Source: an uncultured cyanobacterium (GTDB taxonomy: Bacteria > Cyanobacteriota > Cyanobacteriia > Phormidesmidales > Phormidesmidaceae). From it: a stretch of 64,000 bases of DNA. Numbering within the stretch: position 1 is the stretch's first letter; each line of letters begins with the position of its first letter. The position numbers and the translations under genes were made by a program. Below, in pieces: positions 30,885-41,530 of this stretch. The stretch is from assembly GCA_963793445.1 (NCBI GenBank), contig CAWCAE010000001.1:287321-351320 (forward strand), read 5' to 3'. Under the pieces are notes generated by a model. The model did not search any database. It was not told where the DNA came from and saw nothing but the letters and a program-made list of their open reading frames with translations.

Positions 30885-31403
30885 ATAGCTCGTCAGCAGT
30901 GACCGCAAATATCACCAGTAGACGCTTCTCCATTCTCAGCTTTGTAGCAGAAAACTGAGAACGCGGCTTGCCCGTAGCCCCGACAAATTATTGACAAAAC
31001 CTTATGAAATCCGCTTTGTCTAAATTTGTCTACTATTGTTAAGCAAGAGCGCAATAGTTCAGACATTGACATAAACCCGTTGTCTTTCGGCAGTTTCCGT
31101 GCCTGAACGTCACCACACCAGTTTCTATTCAACTGTGCATGGCGGTCTATGAGCTGCCAAAAACAACACAATGTGCATTGCGTGAATGAAGCTGTAAAGA
31201 TATGTTAAGCTGTATAAAGGTTCTCTAGTATGCGTAATTCTCATTGCTGACTAACAAAGCTAGTAGCTAGTCGGGCAGGTCAAAAAGGCTGATTGAAAAG
31301 AGCCAATTGAAAGCTGCGTGCCGTTTGTAGAGCAAGAGCAAAGCAAGTTTGCGACGTTAATCCCCCTTTATTGCTAGCTATTGCTGGATTCCAACCCTCT
31401 AGA

Positions 31404-31664
31404 ATGATATTACTGATTCTGACAATCGTTATCGGTTTAGTCTTTTGGGCTCTGCGCCTGATGGACCGAGCAATAGAAAATCAAGAGTTTTCACTGATGC
31501 TGGCCGGTTTCTTGGTAGCTTCTTCGGCAGCGGCTATTGTCGGTGTATACTTTTTGATGAGTGACTACCTCATATTTATTAATCAAGCTGGAACTACATT
31601 TGACAGGTACGATACCGCCTTGATGAGCAGTGACCTGCCAGTTTGGCTAGAGCAGATAGACTAG
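31404..31664 (+). CDS. small two-TM hypothetical protein
   Basis: Two hydrophobic helices flanking DRAIENQEFSLMLAG. Confidence 0.6.
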   Translation: MILLILTIVIGLVFWALRLMDRAIENQEFSLMLAGFLVASSAAAIVGVYFLMSDYLIFINQAGTTFDRYDTALMSSDLPVWLEQID

Positions 31665-31763
31665 CGCGAAGCGATATTAGTTGGCTGTAGCCAACTAATG
31701 CTTGACTCACAGCTTGTTTATCTCACAATTTTCTACCTCGTAAGTTCTTAGCTCACAGCTTTT

Positions 31764-32636
31764 CTAGTTCAATGCCCTTGTAAGCGCGTCCCAAGTAGAA
31801 GGGCCTACAATAGCGTCCGCTTCTAGCTGCTGATCGGCCTGAAATTCTCTTACAGCAGCTTGGGTTAGCTCGCCATATGCACCATCAATAGGACCGCTGT
31901 AATACCCTAGCTGCGTTAGCTCTTTTTGTAGCTGGGCAACAGCGCTGCCTTCAACATTCGGCCTCAAGATCGGTGAGTCAGAAGGCGAGCTTTCGGTGGT
32001 TGTGCCTGCATCAGCCGCAGGCGATGTATCCACAGATGTTGTATCGGTTGTTTGAGTAGCTGCGCTAGGCTGCGAAGCCTCTACTGCTATATCTTCGGGC
32101 GAGGGGAGCAATTTGCGCCATGTAGAAGGACCTGTGATTCCGTCGGCGCTCAACCCAGTCGCTGTTTGGAAACGGACTACAGCAGCCTGTGTCGATGCGC
32201 TGTAGCTACCGTCAACTGCGCCCTGATAGAATCCAAGAAGTCTCAAAGTAGCCTGTAGCTGGCTGACGGTTTCGCCAGTGCTTCCCATTGCCAATACGGG
32301 ATAGGTTGTTGCAGGGAGTGCTTGGGCAAGCTGAATCGAGCCTAGCTCTTGGCTGGCAGAAATCTGCGCTGATCCTCTAAGGGGCAACACCTTAAGCGAC
32401 ACTCCAACAGATGAATTGAGTCTGTCACTTGTATTGGGTTCACTGCTTGCGATCGCCTCATCGTTTATGATCGTGCCATTACTCACAGTAGCCAGTACGC
32501 TCGCAAGCGCTACAGCCCTTAGCCATCTTGAAACATGCCCTATCGGAATACACTGTGGGATGCACGGCCAGTAACCGCTACTGTGGCTATATCTAATAGG
32601 CTTACTCTCAGATAGCCTCATGGCGGATTTCCTCAT
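31764..32636 (-). CDS. peptidoglycan-binding domain protein (two PG_binding_1 repeats)
   Basis: GETVSQLQATL..LGFY.GAVDG....TQAAV..FQ...GL.ADGITGPSTW motif occurs twice. Confidence 0.9.
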   Translation of the reverse strand: MRKSAMRLSESKPIRYSHSSGYWPCIPQCIPIGHVSRWLRAVALASVLATVSNGTIINDEAIASSEPNTSDRLNSSVGVSLKVLPLRGSAQISASQELGSIQLAQALPATTYPVLAMGSTGETVSQLQATLRLLGFYQGAVDGSYSASTQAAVVRFQTATGLSADGITGPSTWRKLLPSPEDIAVEASQPSAATQTTDTTSVDTSPAADAGTTTESSPSDSPILRPNVEGSAVAQLQKELTQLGYYSGPIDGAYGELTQAAVREFQADQQLEADAIVGPSTWDALTRALN

Positions 32637-32784
32637 GGCTCGCGCATTACGTTCTGTGGTCAGCTTATGTCGGTACGGTTCGGTCAGGTGTTTAGCTACA
32701 GTACAATTCAGCTAAATCTAGAAAGCCATATCAATATATACAGCATTCAATTACCGGCGCACAATTTGACGCAGAAAAGTTTAG

Positions 32785-33894
32785 GTGCTGAAAAGATTAT
32801 CTGAGGTAGATATGTTTCTCGCGATCGCTGCAAACGCTGCTGTAACGGTCGCTAAATCGGCTGATACAGACTCCATGGGTGCAAAAGCAAGAAGATCTAT
32901 TGTGCTACGCGATCGCTTTCAGGGCGCTTTACTAGGATTGACGCTTGCGCCTGCTGCCGCTGCTATTCATCGCGATCGCGACATCGGTCAATACACAGCG
33001 CAGATGACAAGTGAGGTAGCCCAACACTTTCAACAGTGGGCCCCTCTTCAGACCTTTTTGCATCAGCCAGTATCCCGCCGCTCTAGTACTAACTTAGAAA
33101 GTCCTAGCTCAGAACGTCCTAAATCAGAAAGTAGTGTCGGGTTAGCGAGCGTGCCAATATTACTTCGCCTTCATAATCAGCCCTCTCAGACAAGGCATCA
33201 ATATCTCCAAAATTGGCTGACTGCGGATGCTGCCGCAATAGCACAGCAGCGGGTTCTAAGTGACGTGTTGGCACGGTCGCTTCAGGGAAGCCTATCGCGT
33301 CGGGGATGGGAACGCTGGGTGAGTACAGCTCGAAGAACCTTGGATCAAAAAGGCCAGCATCTAGCTCTCTGTGACTATCATTATCAAGGTGTGTGGAATG
33401 CAATATTAGAAGACACGCCTATTTTTCAAATCGCCTTGACGACAGCGGAACGACTCTACCATCGAGATATCATTATGGGCGTTTCCAAGGCGATTGAGTA
33501 CGGCTCACGGATAGGTTCTTCGGCAGACAGCGCTTTGGTAGATAGATCTTTGGCAGGCAGATCTTCGGTAGGCAGCGCCTCAAACGGGATTTCTTTGACT
33601 TATACTCTAGGACTTTCTCAGGTGTTTCAATCGATAATCGCGCCCGATGGGTTGGTATGCTGGCGAGTGCCTTTGATTGTCGGGTTAGTATTAGGCGCTA
33701 TGCAAGGGCGCAGTGGGCTACCTGTGCTTTGGCAGCGCTCAAGCAACCTGCCTAGAAGCCATTCGTATAGCAAACGAAACTCAGCAAACCAAAACCAGAC
33801 AGAGAATTGTCCAAAAAATCACTTACTGAACCCAGCAGAAGCATTAGCATTAGCAGATGCGCTCTTTGCACAGTGGTCAGGCTGCATCGCTTAG
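32785..33894 (+). CDS. divergent ADP-ribosylglycohydrolase-fold protein (probably catalytically degenerate)
   Basis: RDRFQGALLGL at N-terminus, VGLVLGAMQGRSGLPVLW near C-terminus; no TDD or D-x-D motif seen. Confidence 0.55.
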   Translation: MLKRLSEVDMFLAIAANAAVTVAKSADTDSMGAKARRSIVLRDRFQGALLGLTLAPAAAAIHRDRDIGQYTAQMTSEVAQHFQQWAPLQTFLHQPVSRRSSTNLESPSSERPKSESSVGLASVPILLRLHNQPSQTRHQYLQNWLTADAAAIAQQRVLSDVLARSLQGSLSRRGWERWVSTARRTLDQKGQHLALCDYHYQGVWNAILEDTPIFQIALTTAERLYHRDIIMGVSKAIEYGSRIGSSADSALVDRSLAGRSSVGSASNGISLTYTLGLSQVFQSIIAPDGLVCWRVPLIVGLVLGAMQGRSGLPVLWQRSSNLPRSHSYSKRNSANQNQTENCPKNHLLNPAEALALADALFAQWSGCIA

Positions 33895-34023
33895 CTATTA
33901 AAAATAAAGCTGCATACTATAATTATCAATAATGATGTATTTTTGGACCCGATTTCACTCACCACATAATGCCGTTTGTAGCCTAGCTACAGCGGTCAGT
34001 TAGGCAATCTACTCGGTAGGGCT

Positions 34024-36723
34024 ATGAGTCTCCGTCATTTTGCCAATCGGGCTTACGTGCTTTGGTCGCATACGTGCTTGCGACTGAAGCATCCTAGGCG
34101 CTATGGGCGCTATTTGAAGCGAAAAGCTAAAGAGCGTGTTAGTCAGCCGCAGACAAATCAGCCGCAGACAAATCAGCCATATTCTCCTTACTATGCGCCG
34201 TGGTTAGAGAGCATTCGCCGAGTGCTTTTGCTAGGTGGTGGTGGTGCTAAACAGATTTCGCTGAAGAAAAATAAGCCGAAGCGGGCGAGGCGCTCATCTA
34301 GTTCCAATGCTAGGCAGACTACTGGGTGGGCTTGCCTCTTGCCGCCTACGACTTCTCGCCGAACCTGGTTAGCAGTGCTGCTAGTGGTTTTATTGCTTGC
34401 GACCAGTTTTGGACAGCGCTTTTACCGTCAACCAGGGTTAGATGTTCGCTCTATCTCACCGAGAAGCTTCTACGCGCCTGCGAGCGCGGTCATAGAAGAT
34501 GAGAGAGCGACTGAAAGCAGGCAGGCTGATGTTCGCAACGGTTCGGCGCAGGTGTTGCGAATTAACCCAAAACAGACAGCAGAAGCTAAGCAGTCTTTAA
34601 AGATGCTGCTGCGCCAGGGACGAGAGCTGCGAGAACAAGCAGGTCGCCCGAATTTCCTTAATTTAGAAACGCTATCACAGCCTACCCAAGACTATTTATT
34701 TCAAGCTGACGAAAGCCAGTGGTCCGAAATTTGGTACCTAGCCAAGACATCTGCGCTCTCTACTGAGCAGGTTGCGGAGATTAGAGGCGAAGGCGCTCCA
34801 ACGGCAGAAGGTAGCGCCTCTTTAGAAGATAGCCTAGAGACAGAGATTCCGGTTGCTCAGGAGATTATGGAGCAGGTGCGATCGCTTACAGCGCCTCAGC
34901 TATTGGCCTTGCAAGATCTCGTCGTTTACCGAGAGCAGTCAGGCTTTGAGGGATTGGTACTGCTAGAAACTCGTGTAGATACCCGTCGGCAGCAGTATAT
35001 TGAGGCGAAAGACGAGTTTATTGCTGCGGCTAGCAGTAAAGATCAGCCGCTGTATAACTATCGTCTGTTTGATCTTTCTAGCGAAGAGTGGATAGCATTA
35101 GAGCGCGGTGCCGAGCAGATTTTTGAGGAGATGATGTTGCAAGGCATCAATCCGGGGGTTCCAGAAGATGTGCTACGCCGAGCAATTGAAGCGAGAGTTG
35201 CCGTTGAGCCAAGTCCAGCGGTCCGGCAGCTCACTGCCGATGTGCTAGCAGCTGTGATTTCTCCAAACTTAGTCATTGATGAGGCGCGCACCCGGCAGCA
35301 GGCTGAGCAAGCAGCTCGTCAAATTGATCCGGTTACTGTCACCATTGAAAAGGATGATTTGATTGTCAGAGCAGGGGAGACGATTACCACTGCTGACTTT
35401 GCCTTGCTAGATCACTTTGATCTAACCGAGCGCCACTTTAATTGGATAGGTCTAGGCGGGTTTGCGCTGTTAATAGCGGCTGCGGTGGCTTTTTACCTGT
35501 GGATGGGTTACCGGCAAACAAACCCGCTTCACTGGCGCGATCATGCGCTGGTTCTATTGCTGTGTTTGATAGTTTCCTCGTTGGCCGCGCTGCAAGTGCC
35601 TACGATTGGGCTTCCCGCCGTTGGTCTGCTAGTCGGTAGCTTTTATGGCTCTGCGATGGGGATAACGGCCGTTGGCCTACTCGTTTTGGTGCTGCCGATT
35701 GGGACTGCTGTTAGCACGATTCCGATGCTCGCTGGCTGTGCGGCGGCCATGTTGGGTGCTTGGATTGCGCCTCAGTTGCGATCACGCGAGGAATTTGCCT
35801 TACTCGGTGGGTTTGTTGGCCTAGCGCAGGCGGGCGTTCATCTGGTTTTAACGCTGATGCACTTTACCGTGGCCGCGCCGCTATGGAAGGCTGTTTTTGT
35901 GGGCTCAGCTATGCATGGGCTTTACGGTATTGCTTGGAGCGTTGCTGCCCTTGGGCTTAGCCCTTATTTAGAGCACTTCTTTGATGTGGTCACGCCTATT
36001 CGCCTAGCGGAGCTGGCTAATCCTAACCGTCCGCTGCTAAAGCGACTGGCTGCAGAAGCCCCTGGTACGTTTCAACACACCATGTTTGTAGCTAACCTAG
36101 CAGAAGCCGCCGCTAGAGAACTGGGCCGAAACGTAGAGCTGGTAAGGGCGGGCACCCTATATCACGACATTGGTAAGATGCACTCACCGCAAGGCTTTAT
36201 CGAAAATCAGATGGGGGGACCTAACCTGCACGATACGATAGACGACCCGTGGAAAAGTGCCAGCATTATCAAGAAGCACGTCACTCAGGGAATAGTGATG
36301 GCAAAACAGTATCGGCTTCCTCTCGCGGTGCAGGCATTTATCCCCGAGCATCAGGGGGATATGAAAATTAGCTATTTTTATCAGCAGGCTAAAGAAAGAC
36401 AGGAGAAAGAACCTTCTCTGGTGGTTGACCCGGCGGACTTTAGCTACGATGGGCCGACTCCACAAAGCCCTGAAACCGGAATCACGATGCTGGCAGATTC
36501 GTGTGAGGCGGCGCTGCGATCGCTCAAGCCTGAGGCTTCTATGGATGAAGCCTATGTCATGGTGAACAAAATTTTGCGAGCCCGCTGGCGCAGCCGGCAG
36601 CTAATTGATAGCGGTCTTACCCGAGAAGATATGGACGTGATTGCGGGTGTCTTTATCCACGTATGGCAGCAGCACAACCACAAGCGCATTGCCTATCCAA
36701 AGCAAGCGCTAGCTGCTGAGTAA
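34024..36723 (+). CDS. 7TM-HD (HDIG) phosphohydrolase, PgpH-like
   Basis: Extracellular domain, 7 TM helices, APGTFQHT, LYHDIGK, EHQG, MLADSCEAA. Confidence 0.9.
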   Translation: MSLRHFANRAYVLWSHTCLRLKHPRRYGRYLKRKAKERVSQPQTNQPQTNQPYSPYYAPWLESIRRVLLLGGGGAKQISLKKNKPKRARRSSSSNARQTTGWACLLPPTTSRRTWLAVLLVVLLLATSFGQRFYRQPGLDVRSISPRSFYAPASAVIEDERATESRQADVRNGSAQVLRINPKQTAEAKQSLKMLLRQGRELREQAGRPNFLNLETLSQPTQDYLFQADESQWSEIWYLAKTSALSTEQVAEIRGEGAPTAEGSASLEDSLETEIPVAQEIMEQVRSLTAPQLLALQDLVVYREQSGFEGLVLLETRVDTRRQQYIEAKDEFIAAASSKDQPLYNYRLFDLSSEEWIALERGAEQIFEEMMLQGINPGVPEDVLRRAIEARVAVEPSPAVRQLTADVLAAVISPNLVIDEARTRQQAEQAARQIDPVTVTIEKDDLIVRAGETITTADFALLDHFDLTERHFNWIGLGGFALLIAAAVAFYLWMGYRQTNPLHWRDHALVLLLCLIVSSLAALQVPTIGLPAVGLLVGSFYGSAMGITAVGLLVLVLPIGTAVSTIPMLAGCAAAMLGAWIAPQLRSREEFALLGGFVGLAQAGVHLVLTLMHFTVAAPLWKAVFVGSAMHGLYGIAWSVAALGLSPYLEHFFDVVTPIRLAELANPNRPLLKRLAAEAPGTFQHTMFVANLAEAAARELGRNVELVRAGTLYHDIGKMHSPQGFIENQMGGPNLHDTIDDPWKSASIIKKHVTQGIVMAKQYRLPLAVQAFIPEHQGDMKISYFYQQAKERQEKEPSLVVDPADFSYDGPTPQSPETGITMLADSCEAALRSLKPEASMDEAYVMVNKILRARWRSRQLIDSGLTREDMDVIAGVFIHVWQQHNHKRIAYPKQALAAE

Positions 36724-37264
36724 CAGCACTGACATTTGCTGAACGATACAACGCTTTACTGTCTAGGGCTTGGGCTATTAAAGCCTAAGCTATCAGGCTG
36801 CGCTGCAAACTTGTAGTTTGCGGCATCCAGAGATAGTCAATCGGCGCAAGATAGTTTTTTTGTACTATATTTTTGCACTACAATGGTCGCACACTCGTAC
36901 TCTTGACATTTTCCTAAAGCCTGTTTACGGCAGTGGCTTTGCTAATGATTCTCATAAATCTGAATGCAGAGAATAAGGGCTAAACAGTGCCAAAGCGAAC
37001 AAAATATGCCCACAGAGACATGTATTCTTTTCCCAGAGAGTACTTAAATATAAGTTACAAAATATCTGTGCTTCTCTAAGGTTTCAGGAACTACTTAAGA
37101 GGAGAGCGTTGAAGAGAAATCTGCATAACCTCTATGTAAAAAACAGCTATTTAGCTAGTCAAACCGACAGTATCACTCATATGTAGCGCCTTAGTTTTGT
37201 AAGACTTAAGGAGGAGATTTTAACAAAATGCTTAGATAGCTTAGAGAATAAGCGTCTCATAAAC

Positions 37265-37285
37265 GTTACATTTTGTTACTATAAT
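37265..37285 (+). promoter_or_regulatory. HLR1 (RpaB-binding) direct repeat overlapping a TATAAT -10 element upstream of the sigD-like gene
   Basis: GTTACATT-TT-GTTACTAT (37265-37282); TATAAT at 37280-37285. Confidence 0.7.
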
Positions 37286-37488
37286 GGGAGCTTATCGAAG
37301 GCATTACCTAATGGCATGAAGGTTAAGGGCTCGTATTTTCTGAAATGTTCCTTCTAATCTGCCCTGTAGGTAGCTTAGCGTTTGGAGTTTAGTTGTGAGT
37401 TCTCAATTCCGCACTTTTGTGAGTGGTGCTGTCATTTCTTGGTCTATAGCTCAAGCTTAGTTTTTTATTACTGCTGTACTTTTTTGAT

Positions 37489-38445
37489 ATGAAAGCTGCC
37501 GTCCCCTCTAGCGATTTAGTCCGTACATACTTAAAAGAGATTGGCCGTGTGCCACTGCTTACTCATGAAGAAGAAATTATTTTGGGTAAGCAAGTAAAGC
37601 AAATGATGGCTTTGCTTGCGGTGCAAACAGAGCTAGCCGAAGCGCTAAACCGTGAGCCGACTGAGGCTGAGTGGGCCGAGGCTGCGAAGCTCTCCGAGTC
37701 AGAGTTAGCGACCGCCCTGGCTGCAGGCGAGCGGGCCAAGCGAAAAATGGTTGAAGCGAACCTGCGCTTAGTGGTCTCGGTGGCTAAAAAGTACATTAAG
37801 CGAAACGTGGATCTGCTTGACCTGATTCAAGAGGGCACGATTGGGATGCAGCGAGGGGTAGAAAAGTTTGACCCGGCTAAGGGCTATCGATTTAGCACGT
37901 ATGCTTACTGGTGGATTCGGCAGGCAATTACGAGAGCGATCGCAGAAAAAAGCCGCACTATCCGTCTGCCTATCCACATCACCGAAAAGCTCAACAAAAT
38001 CAAAAAATCGCAGCGGCAGTTTGCTCAGCAAAATGGCCGCATCCCTACTGCCGCTGAAATTGCGCAAGATACTGGCCTGACGACCAAGCAGGTACGAGAC
38101 TATTTAGATAAGTCTCGTCAACCGCTTTCCTTAGATTTGCGAGTCGGTGACAACAAAGACACCCAGCTTAGCGATCTGTTAGAAGACGAAGGCCCCTCAC
38201 CCGATGACTATGCCACCCAATCATCATTAAAGAGCGACCTGCGCCGCATGATGTCTGAGCTAACTTCACAACAGCAGCAGGTAATCTCTTTGCGCTTTGG
38301 GCTAGAAGATGGCAAGAATATGACCCTAGCCAAGATTGGAGCCGTGTTGAGCATCAGCCGTGAGCGCGTTCGCCAAATTGAGCGTGAGGCCTTAACAAAA
38401 TTGCGTAAGCGCCAGAGCGACATGCGAGAGTACCTAGCTGGCTAA
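37489..38445 (+). CDS. sigD: group 2 RNA polymerase sigma factor (SigD/RpoD3-like)
   Basis: [53 protein letters not shown]; lacks region 1.1; subtype from C-terminal motifs and the HLR1 box. Confidence 0.8.
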   Translation: MKAAVPSSDLVRTYLKEIGRVPLLTHEEEIILGKQVKQMMALLAVQTELAEALNREPTEAEWAEAAKLSESELATALAAGERAKRKMVEANLRLVVSVAKKYIKRNVDLLDLIQEGTIGMQRGVEKFDPAKGYRFSTYAYWWIRQAITRAIAEKSRTIRLPIHITEKLNKIKKSQRQFAQQNGRIPTAAEIAQDTGLTTKQVRDYLDKSRQPLSLDLRVGDNKDTQLSDLLEDEGPSPDDYATQSSLKSDLRRMMSELTSQQQQVISLRFGLEDGKNMTLAKIGAVLSISRERVRQIEREALTKLRKRQSDMREYLAG

Positions 38446-38458
38446 GTAGACGCTATGC

Positions 38459-40366
38459 CTACGCTATGCCGTTTGAGATGTCAGCCGATTTACCGGTTGA
38501 CAGCCAGATTTGAGTTGTTACAGGCGCTTTAACTTGAGCTAGCATCTCTTTTAGCGGCTCACCTTCTAACACATCTTCAGCTAGCAGCTTTTGTGCCATT
38601 GCTTCTAGCAAGTCAAAGTTCATCTTCAGAATAGAAGTCGCTGCGCTATGGGCCTGCGTGATCGATTGCGTCACTAATCGATCAATCTCAGCGGCAACTT
38701 CGCCACCAATTGCCCGCCGCGTGCGGCCACTGTTCAAAAACTGAGACTGGGTTTTCTCGAAGGCGACAGGCCCAAGTCCGGGTGCCATGCCGTATTGGGT
38801 AATGGATCGCTCTGCCAAATCTGTTGCTTTTTGAATGTCGTCACTAGCTCCTGTAGAGACTTTCCCAAAGGCGACTTCCTCGGCTGAACGCCCGCCTAGA
38901 AGTGTGGCTAGCTGGCCGCGCAGCTCGTCTTCCATCATCAAGAACCTGTCTTCTTCTGGTGTCTGCAGCGTGTAGCCTAGGGCCCCCTGTCCGCGAGGAA
39001 TGATGGAAATTTTAGAGACTTTGTTACCACCAGCAACGGTAGCGCGGATAGCTGCGCCGACAATAGCATGGCCGACTTCGTGATAGGCAACTGTTTTGCG
39101 CTCGTTAGGAGAGAGCAGGCGCGATCGCTTTTCTAGCCCAGCCACTACCCGTTCAATCGCTTCTTTAAAGTCTGTCATTAGCACTGCTTCGCGGTTGTTT
39201 CTAGCTGCGAGCAATGCCGCTTCGTTGACCAAGTTAGCAAGATCAGCGCCTGCGAATCCTGATGTCTGAGTGGCGATCGCATCCAAATCCACATCTTTAC
39301 TTGTTAACACTGCCCGAGAGTGCACCTGCAAGATCTGTAAACGCCCGCTCTTATCGGGCCGGTCTACCAGCACCTGTCGGTCGAATCGCCCCGGACGCTT
39401 CAGCGCTGGGTCTAAAATCTCTGGCCGATTTGTAGCAGCAATCAAAATGACGCCAGCGTTCCCATCAAAGCCATCCATTTCGGTGAGCAGCTGATTAAGC
39501 GTTTGCTCCCGTTCATCATTGCCACCATTAGCCGTGCCGTCGCCACGAGACTTGCCAATTGCATCTAGCTCATCAATAAATACAATGCAGGGTGCTTGTT
39601 TCTTTGCTTTCTTGAACAAATCGCGCACCCGAGAGGCCCCTACGCCCACATACATCTCTACAAACTCAGAGGCTGCTACGTTTAGGAAAGGCACACCTGC
39701 TTCACCCGCAACCGCCTTAGCTAGCAGCGTCTTCCCCGTTCCTGGTGGCCCCATGAGCAGCACCCCCTTCGGCATCTTTGCGCCAATTCGCCGATACTTC
39801 TCTCCTTCTTTTAGAAAATCAACAACTTCTCTCAGCTCTTGCTTTGCCTCGTCTACACCTGCTACGTCGGCAAAAGTCACGATTGATCTATCTTTAGCAG
39901 CAGCTCGATGATTTGCAGGGCTGTAGGTACGAGCTTTACTCTTTCCTGTTCCCACAACGTCGCCCATGGCATCAGCAAGGCCACCTGCTCCTCCTGTTTT
40001 AGCAAGCCAAGCAGCCCCAGCTAGTGCGCCTGCCGAGAGTAGCAAACCGATAAGCCCAGCCGCAGCAGAATTGCTAGCAAGATCTGTGAAAGACACGCCG
40101 TTTTGACGCAGCAGTATCGCCACTGCTGTTAGTGATTCAGCGGTTTGCGTGTAATAGCGCTGGGAGCCAAACTCAGGCTTCATCTGATATTCAATTCTGC
40201 CTGGCTTGAGGATGGCTCTTTGAACTTGCTTGGCAGTCACCTGCTCGGTAAAGGTGCTATATGTAGCCTGCGTAGGCGTTGTGGTTTTCATGAGGGCTGT
40301 GTCTCTTGCAACACCACTACTGTAGAGTTGTTCTCTCTTGCTAAATAGATGAGATAACCTCACCAA
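38459..40366 (-). CDS. ftsH: ATP-dependent zinc metalloprotease FtsH (FtsH4-like)
   Basis: [54 protein letters not shown]. Confidence 0.92.
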   Translation of the reverse strand: MVRLSHLFSKREQLYSSGVARDTALMKTTTPTQATYSTFTEQVTAKQVQRAILKPGRIEYQMKPEFGSQRYYTQTAESLTAVAILLRQNGVSFTDLASNSAAAGLIGLLLSAGALAGAAWLAKTGGAGGLADAMGDVVGTGKSKARTYSPANHRAAAKDRSIVTFADVAGVDEAKQELREVVDFLKEGEKYRRIGAKMPKGVLLMGPPGTGKTLLAKAVAGEAGVPFLNVAASEFVEMYVGVGASRVRDLFKKAKKQAPCIVFIDELDAIGKSRGDGTANGGNDEREQTLNQLLTEMDGFDGNAGVILIAATNRPEILDPALKRPGRFDRQVLVDRPDKSGRLQILQVHSRAVLTSKDVDLDAIATQTSGFAGADLANLVNEAALLAARNNREAVLMTDFKEAIERVVAGLEKRSRLLSPNERKTVAYHEVGHAIVGAAIRATVAGGNKVSKISIIPRGQGALGYTLQTPEEDRFLMMEDELRGQLATLLGGRSAEEVAFGKVSTGASDDIQKATDLAERSITQYGMAPGLGPVAFEKTQSQFLNSGRTRRAIGGEVAAEIDRLVTQSITQAHSAATSILKMNFDLLEAMAQKLLAEDVLEGEPLKEMLAQVKAPVTTQIWLSTGKSADISNGIA

Positions 40367-40701
40367 CTACAACAGTTTCCACCTGTTCTCGAAGCTTCTA
40401 GTACGGCTCTCACGATCATTCTCTTCGGCCTCTACGAAAGTGCTATACGGTTTGCCGAATGGATAGGTTCGGTAGAGTCTAATTCTTTGAGAGCCTGACC
40501 CTTTGTTAGTTCTTTGTCAATTCTACGAAAACGGTGACGATAGAATTTAGAAATGAATAGCACTATCAAAAGAATGCATGTTTTCTCTATCAAGTTTAGG
40601 GTGTGAGTTTACGTTAGTATTCTTCTACAGCTCTCGTTCGAATAAAGCGCTTTGCTAGCTTTTTGCGCTCAGGTAACTCATACCCATTTAGTTCAAAGAC
40701 C

Positions 40702-41028
40702 ATGAATTCTGCGATCACACCTAAACTCCAAGCCACCTTTGCTTCCCCCGCAGCGGTAAAAGAGCGATCGCGCAGCGTTGTCAAAGAAAAATATCCAAAC
40801 TATAAAATTATTGTCCTCAATGACGACTTCAATACCTTTGAGCATGTTGTCAAGACCCTGACGACCTATATTCCTGGTGTTGATAGCGATCAGGCGTGGA
40901 AGCTGGCAGACCAAATTCACAATGAAGGTCAAGCCATCGTCTGGACAGGGCCGTTAGAGCAGGCCGAGCTATACCATTCGCAGCTAATTCGCGCTGGCTT
41001 GACCATGGCACCGCTAGAAAAAGCGTAA
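40702..41028 (+). CDS. clpS: ATP-dependent Clp protease adaptor ClpS
   Basis: YKIIVLNDDFNTFEHVV, IHNEGQAIVW, AELYH; start could be TTG 40663. Confidence 0.93.
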   Translation: MNSAITPKLQATFASPAAVKERSRSVVKEKYPNYKIIVLNDDFNTFEHVVKTLTTYIPGVDSDQAWKLADQIHNEGQAIVWTGPLEQAELYHSQLIRAGLTMAPLEKA

Positions 41029-41088
41029 GCTATCGTAGGTGCAGCATTTAGGTGGCAGTGTTCGGATGGCGAGAGGCGAAGAAGGTCT

Positions 41089-41460
41089 GTGGGGAAAAAG
41101 GGTAAGAAACGCAAGAAAGCTTCGAAGCAGCCTACGCCTAACCGCTCACCAACATCAAAAGCATTATCAGACGATACCGTCAACGGTGGGCGCGTTGTGA
41201 TTACCCATTCTACGTATCTGCCAAAGCTAATCGACACTCTAGAAAAACTAGTCAAGTACCCTAAAATCAAAACTATCACGCCCGCTGTAATCTCTCGTGT
41301 GAAGTCTAACTCGCATACTTTCAAGCTCAAGGTATCTGTACCTATTACTGGCGGCTACAAGCTGATTGCCCGCCACCGTAAGTCTGCGCAGGAAGTTTTT
41401 GTAGTTACTGACCTGAGCAAGGCTGAACTAGAAAGCGCGATCACTCAAGTTCTTCCCTAG
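41089..41460 (+). CDS. DUF2103-family protein
   Basis: GRVVITHST, TITPAVI, LKVSVPITGGYKLIAR..SAQEVFVVT. Confidence 0.75.
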   Translation: MGKKGKKRKKASKQPTPNRSPTSKALSDDTVNGGRVVITHSTYLPKLIDTLEKLVKYPKIKTITPAVISRVKSNSHTFKLKVSVPITGGYKLIARHRKSAQEVFVVTDLSKAELESAITQVLP

Positions 41461-41530
41461 CTCCTCCTTGTCAATAGCGATTCAATAGCGATTCTGAGAC
41501 AATGTCTATTGAGGGCGAGATCTGTTAGAT

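Noticed and set aside
30893-31171. 92-aa minus-strand ORF after hisF
   Set aside because: No recognisable motif or RBS; cannot be supported.
41089-41460. clpS-DUF2103 as a toxin-antitoxin pair
   Set aside because: ClpS is clearly identified and DUF2103 shows no known toxin motif.
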